The notes: generated by a model from the letters alone, not told the origin. A stretch of 37,598 nucleotides of DNA from Candidatus Aenigmatarchaeota archaeon (GCA_043802485.1 JAZDKZ010000002.1:1-37598); one strand, 5' to 3'; positions 1 through 8,627 are shown, counted from the first letter of the stretch. Translations and numbers: made by a program.

Positions 1-224
1 CGCGAACTCTCACATTTGGCGGGTGCGTTCACACCCAATCTTGTCATCAAACATATATTTCACATCACATATATTACAATAATACTAACCAATAACATAT
101 AATTAATCAGTCATTACACCCACTATCCATTACAATATATATTTAATTAAACAATCATCCTAACATATATCATCCAAAGAACAAATTACACATTATATTT
201 CAGATTATAATTTTCAGCGATTTC

Positions 225-563
225 TCACTTTACATTACCGTAAAAGTCATCCAAAACCCTTTTCATATACCCATAGAAGGCGTCAGGATTGAAGAAATAA
301 ACTGTCTTGTACTTCTTCTTCTCCTTGTCCTCAAAGATCCTGCGGTCCTGGATCAGCTGTATCTTCTTTAGCGGATTTATCACAAAATAGAAGGTCCTCT
401 TGGGCTTTTGGTACTTGTTCATCCCTATTCCCAATGCTTTAGCCAGCTCCTGGTACTCCATCGACCCCTCTTTTTTCAATATTTTGATGGCCTTTCCAGC
501 CATCTCACGTATGTGGGCATTCCTAGCCGACTTCCCATAGAGCCAAAGCAATAATTCGTTCAT
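225..563 (-). CDS. Hypothetical winged-helix-like DNA-binding protein (~112 aa)
   Basis: Basic ORF with HTH-like segment (GSMEYQELAKALGI) and a beta-wing-like C-terminus. ATG at 563 preferred over 614 because the upstream extension is low-complexity. Confidence 0.6.
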   Translation of the reverse strand: MNELLLWLYGKSARNAHIREMAGKAIKILKKEGSMEYQELAKALGIGMNKYQKPKRTFYFVINPLKKIQLIQDRRIFEDKEKKKYKTVYFFNPDAFYGYMKRVLDDFYGNVK

Positions 564-780
564 ATTATCCTTATGTAACCAGGAAAATATAAAGATTAAC
601 GTCAAATGTCCCATGCTCCCATAGGGGCAAAATCACCCTCCACAGATATGTCCATGAGCCATACATCTGAGCGTTTGAGCCTGATGGCTAGCCAAACGTT
701 AATTGAAATAGTTAGAAATCAACATCAACTGTCCGACCATGAAAATGGGTACCAATGGGTGTACCAAAAGAACGCTTCTA

Positions 781-1098
781 TTACTTTTTAGCAGTAACTA
801 CTTTCGGCTTGCCAGCCATTTTCAGGAACTTTCTTCTTATGCCCTCAAAGTCATGGGCTATATCCTGCCCCTCTTCGGTAAGCCTCACAAGCTTGATCCT
901 GCCCTTCCTTTCAAAGACCACCAGGCCCAGATTCTTGAACATTTCCAGCACTTTGACAGTGTGGGAGTAGGTGCAGTCGACCTCTTTTGAGACCTGCGTC
1001 GCGTACTGCACGTCATCGTGCTTCAGAACTGTCAGCATTTTGACAGGCTTGGGATGCAGAAACAAACTTTCAAAGATGTTTTTTTGGACTTTATTCAT
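781..1098 (-). CDS. MarR-like winged-helix transcriptional regulator
   Basis: YATQVSKEVDCTYSHTVKVL helix-turn-helix followed by GLVVFERKGRIKLVRLTEEG wing. GGTGG RBS-like sequence upstream. Confidence 0.8.
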   Translation of the reverse strand: MNKVQKNIFESLFLHPKPVKMLTVLKHDDVQYATQVSKEVDCTYSHTVKVLEMFKNLGLVVFERKGRIKLVRLTEEGQDIAHDFEGIRRKFLKMAGKPKVVTAKK

Positions 1099-1161
1099 TC
1101 TACCACCACACTCTCTATACTTTTTTAGGTCAAAGTTTTATTTAAGCATTTACTGTCTCTT

Positions 1162-1271
1162 ATGATATATATTTTTTGTGATATATAAAGCCAAATATAT
1201 ATCATTTCCTATTGTTTAGTGGTAATCTATTTAATAATATATTTCTTATGATATATTATTAATAATATATC
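1162..1271. promoter_or_regulatory. Inverted-repeat cluster (candidate operators) between divergent wHTH and histone genes
   Basis: ATGATATATATTT (1162-1174) and AAATATATATCAT (1193-1205) form an inverted pair. Perfect 22-bp palindrome GATATATTATTAATAATATATC at 1250-1271. Confidence 0.45.
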
Positions 1272-1447
1272 TTGTAGATTAATGGTTTCTTGGTTTGAAT
1301 TTTTAACCCTCCCGCTTCCCATGGAGAGAGTGAGAGTTGGCTTAGATGGAGAAATGGGTGAAAATGGCAGAACTCTCGCAAAAAGTGAGATTACCTTTAG
1401 GGAATTTAATAAATAGGGAGCTGCAAAATAATGTTATAGATGGTTTT

Positions 1448-1651
1448 ATGGAGATTCCCCTGGCTGTAGCAGAGAAGATACTGAAAAAGACCAATATGAG
1501 GGTCAGCAAGGACGCTATCGAAGAGTTCGCCAAGTTCCTTGAGGAGACTGCCACGGATTTGGCGTCGGAGGCAGTGGCCATAGCCAAGAGCAAGAGGCGC
1601 GCAACAGTGCAGCTGGAGGACATCTGCCAGGCAAAAAGAAAAGTTCTTTAG
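1448..1651 (+). CDS. Archaeal histone (HMf family), divergent variant, 67 aa
   Basis: MEIPLA..KILKK..MRVSKDA..LEE..DLASEA..RRATV..EDI aligns with the HMfB histone fold. ATG 1448 preferred over 1346; TATA-like TTTAATAAA near 1405. Confidence 0.9.
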   Translation: MEIPLAVAEKILKKTNMRVSKDAIEEFAKFLEETATDLASEAVAIAKSKRRATVQLEDICQAKRKVL

Positions 1652-1929
1652 CTTTTAAGAACGTTTTCCATCGAAAAGCCCTTTATACCGTCACTGTTTG
1701 TTTTTATTCCCATCCCATTTGCCACCTTGTCTATGAAATTCACCAGCATCGGGTCTAACAGGCATTCCGTGGCATAGCTGAGCAACGTAAGCCCGCCTCT
1801 GTAATTGTTAAAAACCGTGACAAGCTCCTTGTCAAGACCCTCATAAAAAGGGATTTTTGTATACCAGAACGCTTCTTTGAAAGCGGCTTCCTGCTCCAGC
1901 TCTTCCAGTTTCACCGCTGCGAACGACAT
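1648..1929 (-). CDS. Hypothetical protein
   Basis: ORF fills the gap between the histone and RPA genes, with a convergent stop overlap. No motif recognised. Confidence 0.55.
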   Translation of the reverse strand: MSFAAVKLEELEQEAAFKEAFWYTKIPFYEGLDKELVTVFNNYRGGLTLLSYATECLLDPMLVNFIDKVANGMGIKTNSDGIKGFSMENVLKS

Positions 1930-2020
1930 GATAATATTTACAATCAAAACTTTAAATTCTTGAATTCCAGTTCCGTCAGTGGTTAAAAAAGAATATAAAT
2001 TTCAGATAACAATTGGTTTC

Positions 2021-3010
2021 ATGGACTTTGAAGAGATTCTGAAAAAGATAATGGATAAGACCAAGCTCTCCGACGAAGAGGTCCAGAAGAGGATTCTTGA
2101 AAAGCAGCGCGAACTGTCAAACCTGGTGTCAAAGGACGGGGCGGCGTACATAATAGCGAAGGAGCTGGGCATCGAATTGTTCGAGAAAAAGGCGGAGAGA
2201 AGGCTGCAGATCAAGAACATTGTGCCGAAAATCAGAGTTCTAAACATCATTGGCAGGATTGTGAGGATCTTCCCTATGAAGGAGTTCGAGAGCAAGGGCA
2301 GGAAAGGCAAGGTGGCATCAATAATACTGGGGGACGAATCAGGGTCAGTCCGCCTGACGCTGTGGGACCAGCAGACCAAGATTATTGACAGCATAAAGGA
2401 AGGCATGGCTGTGGAGGTTTTCGGCGGCTACACCCGCGAGGACCAGAGGGGCGGGACAGAGATAAGGTTGAGCAAGACTGGCGGTTTGAAAATATTAGAG
2501 GACAGCGACCTGCCGGAAGTCAGCAAGATGAGCAGAGCTCCTACAAAAACAGGAAGCACCATCGCTGATTTGAAGGAGGGTGACATGACCGAGATAAGGG
2601 CTGCGGTCGTCCAATTATTTGAAACAAACTTCTTCTATACCGTTTGTCCCGAGTGCGGCAAGCGCGTCACAAAGGACAACAATTACAAGTGCCAGGACCA
2701 CGGGGAGGTGGAGCCCAGCAAGAACATCGTGCTCTCAGGAGTGGTGGACGACGGAACCGGAAATATAAGGGCAGTCTTCTTCCGCGACAATGCCCTGAAG
2801 CTGATAGGTATGGGCATGGACGAGGTGCTTGAAAAGGGCGACTCGTTCTTCAATGATTTGGACGTCCTGGGCAAGGAGTTCATGATAACGGGAAGGGTGA
2901 GGAGCAACAAGATGTTCAAGCGGCTGGAGTTCGTGGCGAACGATGTCAAGGAAGTGGACCTGGAAAGCCAAGCGAGTAAACTAATAAATAATTTGAAACC
3001 GAACATGTAG
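2021..3010 (+). CDS. rpa: Replication protein A (OB folds plus Zn finger)
   Basis: N-terminal helical domain (LVSKDGAAYIIAKELG), OB motifs (GDESGSVRLTLW; VDDGTGNIRAVFF) and CPEC..CQDH zinc finger. Directly upstream of radA. Confidence 0.9.
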   Translation: MDFEEILKKIMDKTKLSDEEVQKRILEKQRELSNLVSKDGAAYIIAKELGIELFEKKAERRLQIKNIVPKIRVLNIIGRIVRIFPMKEFESKGRKGKVASIILGDESGSVRLTLWDQQTKIIDSIKEGMAVEVFGGYTREDQRGGTEIRLSKTGGLKILEDSDLPEVSKMSRAPTKTGSTIADLKEGDMTEIRAAVVQLFETNFFYTVCPECGKRVTKDNNYKCQDHGEVEPSKNIVLSGVVDDGTGNIRAVFFRDNALKLIGMGMDEVLEKGDSFFNDLDVLGKEFMITGRVRSNKMFKRLEFVANDVKEVDLESQASKLINNLKPNM

Positions 3011-3019
3011 TATGATTCT

Positions 3020-3979
3020 ATGGCAAAAAAGAAGATAACAGACGTATCCGATCTGCCCGGCGTGGGCGAGAAGATAGGGGAGAAGCTGAAGGCAGCAGGC
3101 TACATCGACCTGATGAGCATTGCCGCTGCCTCGCCAAAGGAGCTGGGAGAGCATGCCAGCGTCGGTGAGTTAACCGCTACAAAGATAATCACCACTGCCC
3201 GCGAGGAGCTTGACATCGGCTTTGAGAAGGGATCTGATGTTTACGAAAGAAGAAAGCAGATCAAGAAGATATCGACCGGCAGCAAGAACCTTGACACTCT
3301 CCTGGAAGGCGGAATCGAGACCCAGTCTGTTACTGAACTGCATGGCGCGTTCGGCTCTGGCAAGACCCAGGTGGGATTCCAGGTAGCCGTCAATGTACAG
3401 AAGCCCATCGACGAAGGCGGCTTGGACGGGACCTGCATAATCCTGGACGCAGAGAACACCTTCCGACCAGAGAGGATAAGGCAGATTGCCGCAGGCTCTG
3501 GCATGGACCCGGAAAAGATTCTGGAAGGCATCTATGTCGCGAGATGCTATAATTCTGACCATCAGATGGTTCTGGCCGAACAGATCGGGAGCATGATAAA
3601 GGAGAAAAATGTAAAGCTGGTTATCGTTGACAGCGTCACTTCTAATTTCCGTGCTGACTTTTCAGGCAGGGGCGAACTGGCCCCAAGACAGCAGAAATTG
3701 AACAGGCATTTGCACACCTTGCAAAGATTGGCTGACGTCTACAATGTCGCAGTCTACATAACCAACCAGGTCATGGCTAATCCGGCCGTTCTGTTCGGCG
3801 ACCCCACAATGCCCATAGGCGGTCACATATTGGGACATTTCTCAACGCACAGACTGTATGTGAGAAAGTCAAAGGGCAACACAAGGATAGCAAGGATAGT
3901 CGACTCGCCGAACCTGCCAGAGGGTGAGGCAGTCTACATCATAACACCAGACGGCATCAGAGACCCTGAAGAGAAATAG
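3020..3979 (+). CDS. radA: DNA repair and recombination protein RadA
   Basis: HhH N-terminus (DLPGVG), Walker [19 protein letters not shown], Walker [32 protein letters not shown]. Confidence 0.97.
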   Translation: MAKKKITDVSDLPGVGEKIGEKLKAAGYIDLMSIAAASPKELGEHASVGELTATKIITTAREELDIGFEKGSDVYERRKQIKKISTGSKNLDTLLEGGIETQSVTELHGAFGSGKTQVGFQVAVNVQKPIDEGGLDGTCIILDAENTFRPERIRQIAAGSGMDPEKILEGIYVARCYNSDHQMVLAEQIGSMIKEKNVKLVIVDSVTSNFRADFSGRGELAPRQQKLNRHLHTLQRLADVYNVAVYITNQVMANPAVLFGDPTMPIGGHILGHFSTHRLYVRKSKGNTRIARIVDSPNLPEGEAVYIITPDGIRDPEEK

Positions 3980-4471
3980 TCACATTCTTTTGCGGTTGAT
4001 TACCAGCAGATGGGTTTCTGGAAAAGACAAGTGGTAGAAGCTGTCAAAGAAGGCATTGTCGGTTTCCGTGAACTTCTTTATGTCCTTTATCTTGCTGCCA
4101 ACAGGCCTTATCTGCTCGTAGCACAACAGCTGCTTGTCAGACATCAGAGCTATCCTCATTCCCTTTTTGCAATAGAGGGAGCACCATTCCTCTGAATTGA
4201 GAAGCCTGTGCTTCTTTTCAAAAAGCGTCTCCGGGACGCCCTGCTTCTTTATCTCCCAGCCCCCTTCCAGCAAGAATTTTTTGCCGCCCTGTTCCAAAGA
4301 AAGGTTGTCCACTCCTATCTCGACCATCTCTTCAGAAGCGTCCTTGTATTTGGCATGGCAGCCGACGCAAGGAAAGGATTGGACCTCGCCGGAAAGTTCT
4401 GCCTTCTTGTAAGAGAGCAAAGCCTCAGAGTTTCTATACTTCTCTAGAGAATCCTTACAAATGGAGAGCAT
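3980..4471 (-). CDS. Hypothetical protein
   Basis: 163-aa ORF directly downstream of the PRC-barrel gene on the same strand. Contains CxxC (CVGC); no family recognised. Confidence 0.6.
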   Translation of the reverse strand: MLSICKDSLEKYRNSEALLSYKKAELSGEVQSFPCVGCHAKYKDASEEMVEIGVDNLSLEQGGKKFLLEGGWEIKKQGVPETLFEKKHRLLNSEEWCSLYCKKGMRIALMSDKQLLCYEQIRPVGSKIKDIKKFTETDNAFFDSFYHLSFPETHLLVINRKRM

Positions 4472-4482
4472 TTTCCTACCGT

Positions 4483-4743
4483 TCAGACAATGTCCTTCTC
4501 GGCAACAATGATAAAGTCACCAACAGACCTAACTGCTGAGAACGGTATGAGTATCCTTCCCTTGTCGTCCTCGGCAAGTTTCAAGTCCAAAGCCTGCCTT
4601 GTTGGCTCAGAAACAATAATGTTCATCAGCTCTCCAGACTCTGTGATAAAATTAACATCGCCCACGACTCCGAACTTCCTACCAGTGTCCTCAGAAACTA
4701 TGACCTTACCGACCATCTCTTTGGCTCTTAGTTTATCGCGCAC
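4483..4743 (-). CDS. PRC-barrel domain protein (CdpB-like, possible cell-division factor)
   Basis: GKVIVSEDTGRKFGVVGDV..SGEL..IPFSAVRSVGDFIIV PRC-barrel pattern. GTG start with AAGGTGA RBS. Confidence 0.85.
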   Translation of the reverse strand: MRDKLRAKEMVGKVIVSEDTGRKFGVVGDVNFITESGELMNIIVSEPTRQALDLKLAEDDKGRILIPFSAVRSVGDFIIVAEKDIV

Positions 4744-4796
4744 AAAATCACCTTAAAATTTTCCTTAAGTATATTTTTAAACCAAGATATTTAAAC

Positions 4797-5348
4797 TTAT
4801 GCGATATTTTTCACGGTTTTTATTACTTCTCTTCTGAACTGGGGCATTGTGAGGCTGTTGTTGTCTATGGTGTGGTCGGCTTTCCTGATCAGGCCCATTA
4901 TGCCGTGGCTTCTCTCTAATTGGTCGCGGAACCTTATGTATTCCGCGGTCTCGGTGGACCCGAATCTCCTTCTTTTCAGCTCCCTTCTTGCTCGGGACTC
5001 GAAGGAGGCCTTGATGTAGATTATTACGGGTTTCTTCTTGCAGCATTTCTTCAGGTGCTTGAGCTGCTCGACTGACCTGAGGCCGTCCAGAACGACAAGC
5101 CTTCTGTTTGTTTTTCTCACCTTGTCAAAGAGGCGCCTTATCAGCAGCTTCTCCCTGCCTTCTGAGTGGTACCAGCGGGCAATCCTGGCGTCAGTCTCCG
5201 GCGTGTACTTCCAGCCGCGCCTCTTGATTTCGTCCCGTATCAGGTCGCCTGTGTTGAAGGCCCTTGCCTTGAACCTCTTCCTGATGATGTCCGAGGCGAA
5301 AGACTTGCCAGAACCAGGAAGTCCCACAATCACTATAAGGTTCTCCAT
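4797..5348 (-). CDS. P-loop nucleotide kinase, dephospho-CoA-kinase-like (UPF0200-type)
   Basis: GLPGSGKS Walker A, TGDLIRDE, VVLDGLRS, ADHTIDNN. Confidence 0.85.
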   Translation of the reverse strand: MENLIVIVGLPGSGKSFASDIIRKRFKARAFNTGDLIRDEIKRRGWKYTPETDARIARWYHSEGREKLLIRRLFDKVRKTNRRLVVLDGLRSVEQLKHLKKCCKKKPVIIYIKASFESRARRELKRRRFGSTETAEYIRFRDQLERSHGIMGLIRKADHTIDNNSLTMPQFRREVIKTVKNIA

Positions 5349-5395
5349 AGAACTAATTGGTTGAAATTAAAATAAAAAGAAAAGGAAAAAACATC

Positions 5396-5533
5396 TCACT
5401 GAGTTACATAATGTGCAAATTCTTGGTTTCTTCCTCTATACGAATTCCCTCTACTTCCTTCACGAGGAGCAAATGCATTCATGTCATGATTTTTGTTCAA
5501 TTTTCTTACGATAAGTTTTGTATCTTGATTCAT
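5396..5533 (-). CDS. Small protein, 45 aa (MNQDTKLIVRKLNKNHDMNAFAPREGSRGNSYRGRNQEFAHYVTQ), not in ORF track
   Basis: GGTGAT RBS just upstream of the ATG, TTTATATA box further upstream, and a T-rich terminator-like tract after the stop (5368-5391). Confidence 0.55.
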   Translation of the reverse strand: MNQDTKLIVRKLNKNHDMNAFAPREGSRGNSYRGRNQEFAHYVTQ

Positions 5534-5638
5534 ATTATCACCTAATAGTAGTATATGTATAACTAGTATATAAATATATCATTTTATTTACTATTCTTTA
5601 GTGATAACTTTATATAGCAGCTCAAACAATAGAATATT

Positions 5639-5971
5639 ATGACGATTTACAAACTTGATGCTAAAGATTTGCCTGAAGTTTTCATGGAATCTGATAGTAT
5701 AAATGTGAGTGGTGGGATATTGAAATTGACTAAAGGTAAAAAGACCTATTACACACAATTAGAGAACGCCATAAACGGCTATCTACCATTGGAAAGGGGA
5801 ATACAGCCAGAGCTTGCTGTGACAGACTTGTGGTCAAGATCTAGACTAAAAACTGGTTATAGTACCTCCAGAGACGCTTCTTATGGCTCTAAAGTCTCAC
5901 AAACGAAAGTAGAGAAAAACTACGATTCTTACAAATCAAAGAAAGGAAAGGTCAATCCTTTCACAATTTAG
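5639..5971 (+). CDS. Hypothetical protein
   Basis: 110-aa ORF with TTTATATA box ~25 bp upstream (leaderless). No family recognised. Confidence 0.6.
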   Translation: MTIYKLDAKDLPEVFMESDSINVSGGILKLTKGKKTYYTQLENAINGYLPLERGIQPELAVTDLWSRSRLKTGYSTSRDASYGSKVSQTKVEKNYDSYKSKKGKVNPFTI

Positions 5972-7062
5972 TTCTCAACGAACATGGTCTTTACTTTAGG
6001 CGTCAGAGCGTACATGAAGGCCTTGCCTCTGCCCTCTCTTTGGACATAACCGTCCAGCATCAGCCTTCTGAGGATGTTGTTCACAGACCTTACAGCATGG
6101 CCCTTTGACTTGTAGCTCTTCATCTCCAGCTCCTCGACAATAGTGGTCGGAGTCAGCCAGTCCCTCTTGGAAAGCAGCTCTAATATCTTCCTCTGCTTGA
6201 AGGGCAGGTTCCTGATCTGCTCGTCTGAAGGCGGCCTGGGCATGAAAGTGACCTTTGGCTCATCAACTCTCACTTTTGGCAGCTCGATTTCCTTATGCTC
6301 TTCAATGTCTTTCAGGGTTATGGCGTCCATGCCCTTTTCCAAAGCTGAATTGACCAGCCTGTCACACAATTTCAGAATCTCCCTTGGGAAGCCGCCTGTC
6401 TTGTCGTAAATCCTGCCAACAGAATCCTCTGTGAAAGGCAGTATCCCCTTGCCCCCGACACTCTCTATTCTCCTCTTTATGAGCTCCTTGGTCTCAATTT
6501 TATCCAAAGATATCAGGTTTATCCTGGTGGTTATCCTCTGGTCCAGGGTCTGCAGCTCTGAAAGCTTTTCCTCGACAACAGGCATGCCGGCCATGACTAG
6601 GCTTATGTTGTCTATCTGGTCTACTAGAACCCTTAACCACTCGAGAACCTCCTTGTTGGTCTCATGTATCTCGTCCAACAGGAACACCAGATGCTTGCCT
6701 TTGAGCTTCTTGTTGACGTATTTGGGAAGGTTGTAAAGTGAGGGTTTGTTGCCAAAAAGCCTCTCAAGGAAGCTGATTCCGAAAAGGTCGGTAAAAAGCG
6801 TGACAAACTCGTCCGGGTTCTGAGGCGGCTTTGAAACGTAGAATTTTGAGGCGTCATAATTCTTTTCGACCCATTTGAGGAAAGTGGTCTTGCCTGCCCC
6901 TGTCCTGCCTGTTATAAGGGCGATTTTGTGCTTGTTCTCTATGTGCTTCAAGGCTGCCTTGACTTGGTTGTCGTAGCCGACGAAAAGGTTTGGGTCGATT
7001 CTAAGAACAAACGGGTTTTCAGTCCATCCCCATTTTGAAAAATTATCATTCATAATGTTCAT
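5968..7062 (-). CDS. AAA+ ATPase (ExeA/AAA_22-like) with C-terminal winged-helix domain
   Basis: WGWTENPF..DP N-terminus, Walker A GRTGAGKTT, Walker B LVFLLDE, LVMAGMP, GGFPREIL. C-terminal wHTH: QRKILELL..TPTTIVEEL..VNNILRRL..GYVQREGRGKAFMY. Confidence 0.85.
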   Translation of the reverse strand: MNIMNDNFSKWGWTENPFVLRIDPNLFVGYDNQVKAALKHIENKHKIALITGRTGAGKTTFLKWVEKNYDASKFYVSKPPQNPDEFVTLFTDLFGISFLERLFGNKPSLYNLPKYVNKKLKGKHLVFLLDEIHETNKEVLEWLRVLVDQIDNISLVMAGMPVVEEKLSELQTLDQRITTRINLISLDKIETKELIKRRIESVGGKGILPFTEDSVGRIYDKTGGFPREILKLCDRLVNSALEKGMDAITLKDIEEHKEIELPKVRVDEPKVTFMPRPPSDEQIRNLPFKQRKILELLSKRDWLTPTTIVEELEMKSYKSKGHAVRSVNNILRRLMLDGYVQREGRGKAFMYALTPKVKTMFVEN

Positions 7063-7068
7063 ATAATA

Positions 7069-7500
7069 TTCACGTGAACTAGGTATTTAAATTTTACTGA
7101 ATTTCACGTGAACATGAAGTTCATATATGAAGATTCTGTGAAGATAAAATGAAGATTTTCGTGTATTTTTGATTCATGACGTGAAGGTGATAAAATCTTC
7201 CCGTTTTTTACATGGTTTTTAATCAACTTCATATGAAATTTGAATTTGTGAGTTTTGCCACGTGAAGGTTTTGTGAAGTTCATGTGATGTTCACAAAATG
7301 TTCATGTAGTTCACGTAATATTCATGTGAAGTTCACATGTTCACATGTGAAGTTAACGTGAAATACGCATTATGTTACATATTATATATATTATTCACGT
7401 GAATATTTTAAGAGATTTGGAGAGATGTGTGTAGAAAGTGTGAATAAGGTGTGAATAAAATGATTTGAGAAATGAAGGATATATGAACATTCACGTGAAT
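7069..7500. repeat. Array of TTCACGTGAA palindromes and variants
   Basis: Perfect TTCACGTGAA at 7069, 7103, 7394 and 7490. Variants: TTCATATATGAA 7120, TTCATATGAA 7228, GCCACGTGAA 7257, TTCATGTGAA 7321, TTCACATGTGAA 7340, TTAACGTGAA 7353. Many GTTCAY/RTGAAG half-sites. Confidence 0.9.
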
Positions 7501-7615
7501 CAGAAAATCGACTTTTAACGTCTATTTCAAGGTATTTTTACGTCATTTGACTTAAAACTCTCTAAGGAACATGTTTATATACATGCTATACCATTATATA
7601 TAACAGGTGTTATAG

Positions 7616-7909
7616 ATGGGTCAAGAAATACACAAAAAAACCGTAGTAAACATAACCAAAATATTAGATTTGCTCAGGGAAAATGGGGAACTACACATCA
7701 GAGGTATTTCCAAAGCACTTGACTTAAACCCTTTCATAGTCTCCAACATAGTTAACAATCATATAGATTTTTTTGTTAACTCCAGAGCCATAGACCAGTT
7801 CGGAATAAGACTAAGACTGATAGGCCTAAAATCTGGTAAGGAAGAAACTACTGTAGAGGACGTGCTAAAGTACATCAAAGTCAAGCAGAGAATCAGGGGC
7901 AAAATATGA
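7616..7909 (+). CDS. Small winged-helix DNA-binding protein
   Basis: KILDLLRENGELHIRGISKALDLNPFIVSNIV HTH pattern; AGGTG RBS. Confidence 0.75.
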   Translation: MGQEIHKKTVVNITKILDLLRENGELHIRGISKALDLNPFIVSNIVNNHIDFFVNSRAIDQFGIRLRLIGLKSGKEETTVEDVLKYIKVKQRIRGKI

Positions 7910-7943
7910 TAAAAATAAATACCACCAAAGAGTAATAAATATT

Positions 7944-8207
7944 ATGACGAACTATAGAAGTCCCACACTCAACAGACTGATGAGATTAGGGGTTTTTAAC
8001 GATGATCAAAGCGCATTAGAAGCCTACACAACACTCAGCAACCTAAAGTCTGGTGTTGTTGAATCCCATTTTATGGCAGGAATAGAATATACTTATTACA
8101 GAAGGGGTGAATTTCTTAAGAAACGTTTTGGAATAGAGTATGAAGAAAAACTACAAACAGCAATGGACGGAATAGAGAAGGAAATAATTCGTGCTAGATC
8201 TTCCTAA
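7944..8207 (+). CDS. Hypothetical protein
   Basis: 87-aa ORF downstream of the wHTH gene. No motif recognised. Confidence 0.55.
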   Translation: MTNYRSPTLNRLMRLGVFNDDQSALEAYTTLSNLKSGVVESHFMAGIEYTYYRRGEFLKKRFGIEYEEKLQTAMDGIEKEIIRARSS

Positions 8208-8538
8208 TTTCGTTGGCTATTATCTCCAATTCTCCCTTATACTCATCGACCCTTCCTAGGACTGTCACTTCCTCACCTATCTCCAAATCATAAGCTTCGT
8301 CTATGTTAGAGTTCTTGAAGGCTACTACAGTGACCTCTCCGGTGTTGTCAGCCACCTTCAGGAAGACGTGGCTGTCCCTGCTCACATACACAGAGGTCAC
8401 CATACCGTTTATCTTCTCTATCTGGCCTATCTTTATCTCGGAAACCTCGGTTATCTCCTCTTCAAAAATCATGGTTATGAAGAACAATGATACTATGCCT
8501 ATGATTGAGACTGCTATCGAAATCTTCAGGATGTCCAT
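8194..8538 (-). CDS. Membrane-anchored single OB-fold protein
   Basis: N-terminal TM helix (ISIAVSIIGIVSLFFI) then OB fold (FLKVADNTGEVTVVAF..VTVLGRVDEYKGELEI). Start at 8538 or 8580. Confidence 0.8.
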   Translation of the reverse strand: MDILKISIAVSIIGIVSLFFITMIFEEEITEVSEIKIGQIEKINGMVTSVYVSRDSHVFLKVADNTGEVTVVAFKNSNIDEAYDLEIGEEVTVLGRVDEYKGELEIIANEIRKI

Positions 8539-8627
8539 GAAATTAAAGGGCTTTCTGTTGAATTCAGTGTTGTTTACCACCTCCTGTGGTGATATGTTTA
8601 TATACTACTTACAAGTAATAATATATT

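Noticed and set aside
1..47. Start of a minus-strand gene or RNA at the window edge
   Set aside because: Only 47 nt are visible (ATG at 47, small hairpin), too little to call.
1346..1447. Eukaryote-like N-terminal histone tail from the longer ORF call
   Set aside because: The extension contains a TATA-like box and is not Lys/Gly-rich like a tail. ATG 1448 gives a standard-length histone.
5968..7062. Second Orc1/Cdc6 paralogue, or TnsC/IstB of a transposon
   Set aside because: Lacks the Cdc6 signatures present at 18427 (PHRE, FPPY, GDAR). No transposase, integrase or terminal repeats seen.
7069..7500. Canonical bacterial parABS
   Set aside because: No full 16-bp TGTTTCACGTGAAACA copy and no ParA or ParB gene in the window. 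Only the core similarity is reported.
7063..7615. CRISPR array
   Set aside because: Repeats are ~10 bp, degenerate and irregularly spaced, with no fixed repeat-spacer period and no cas genes.
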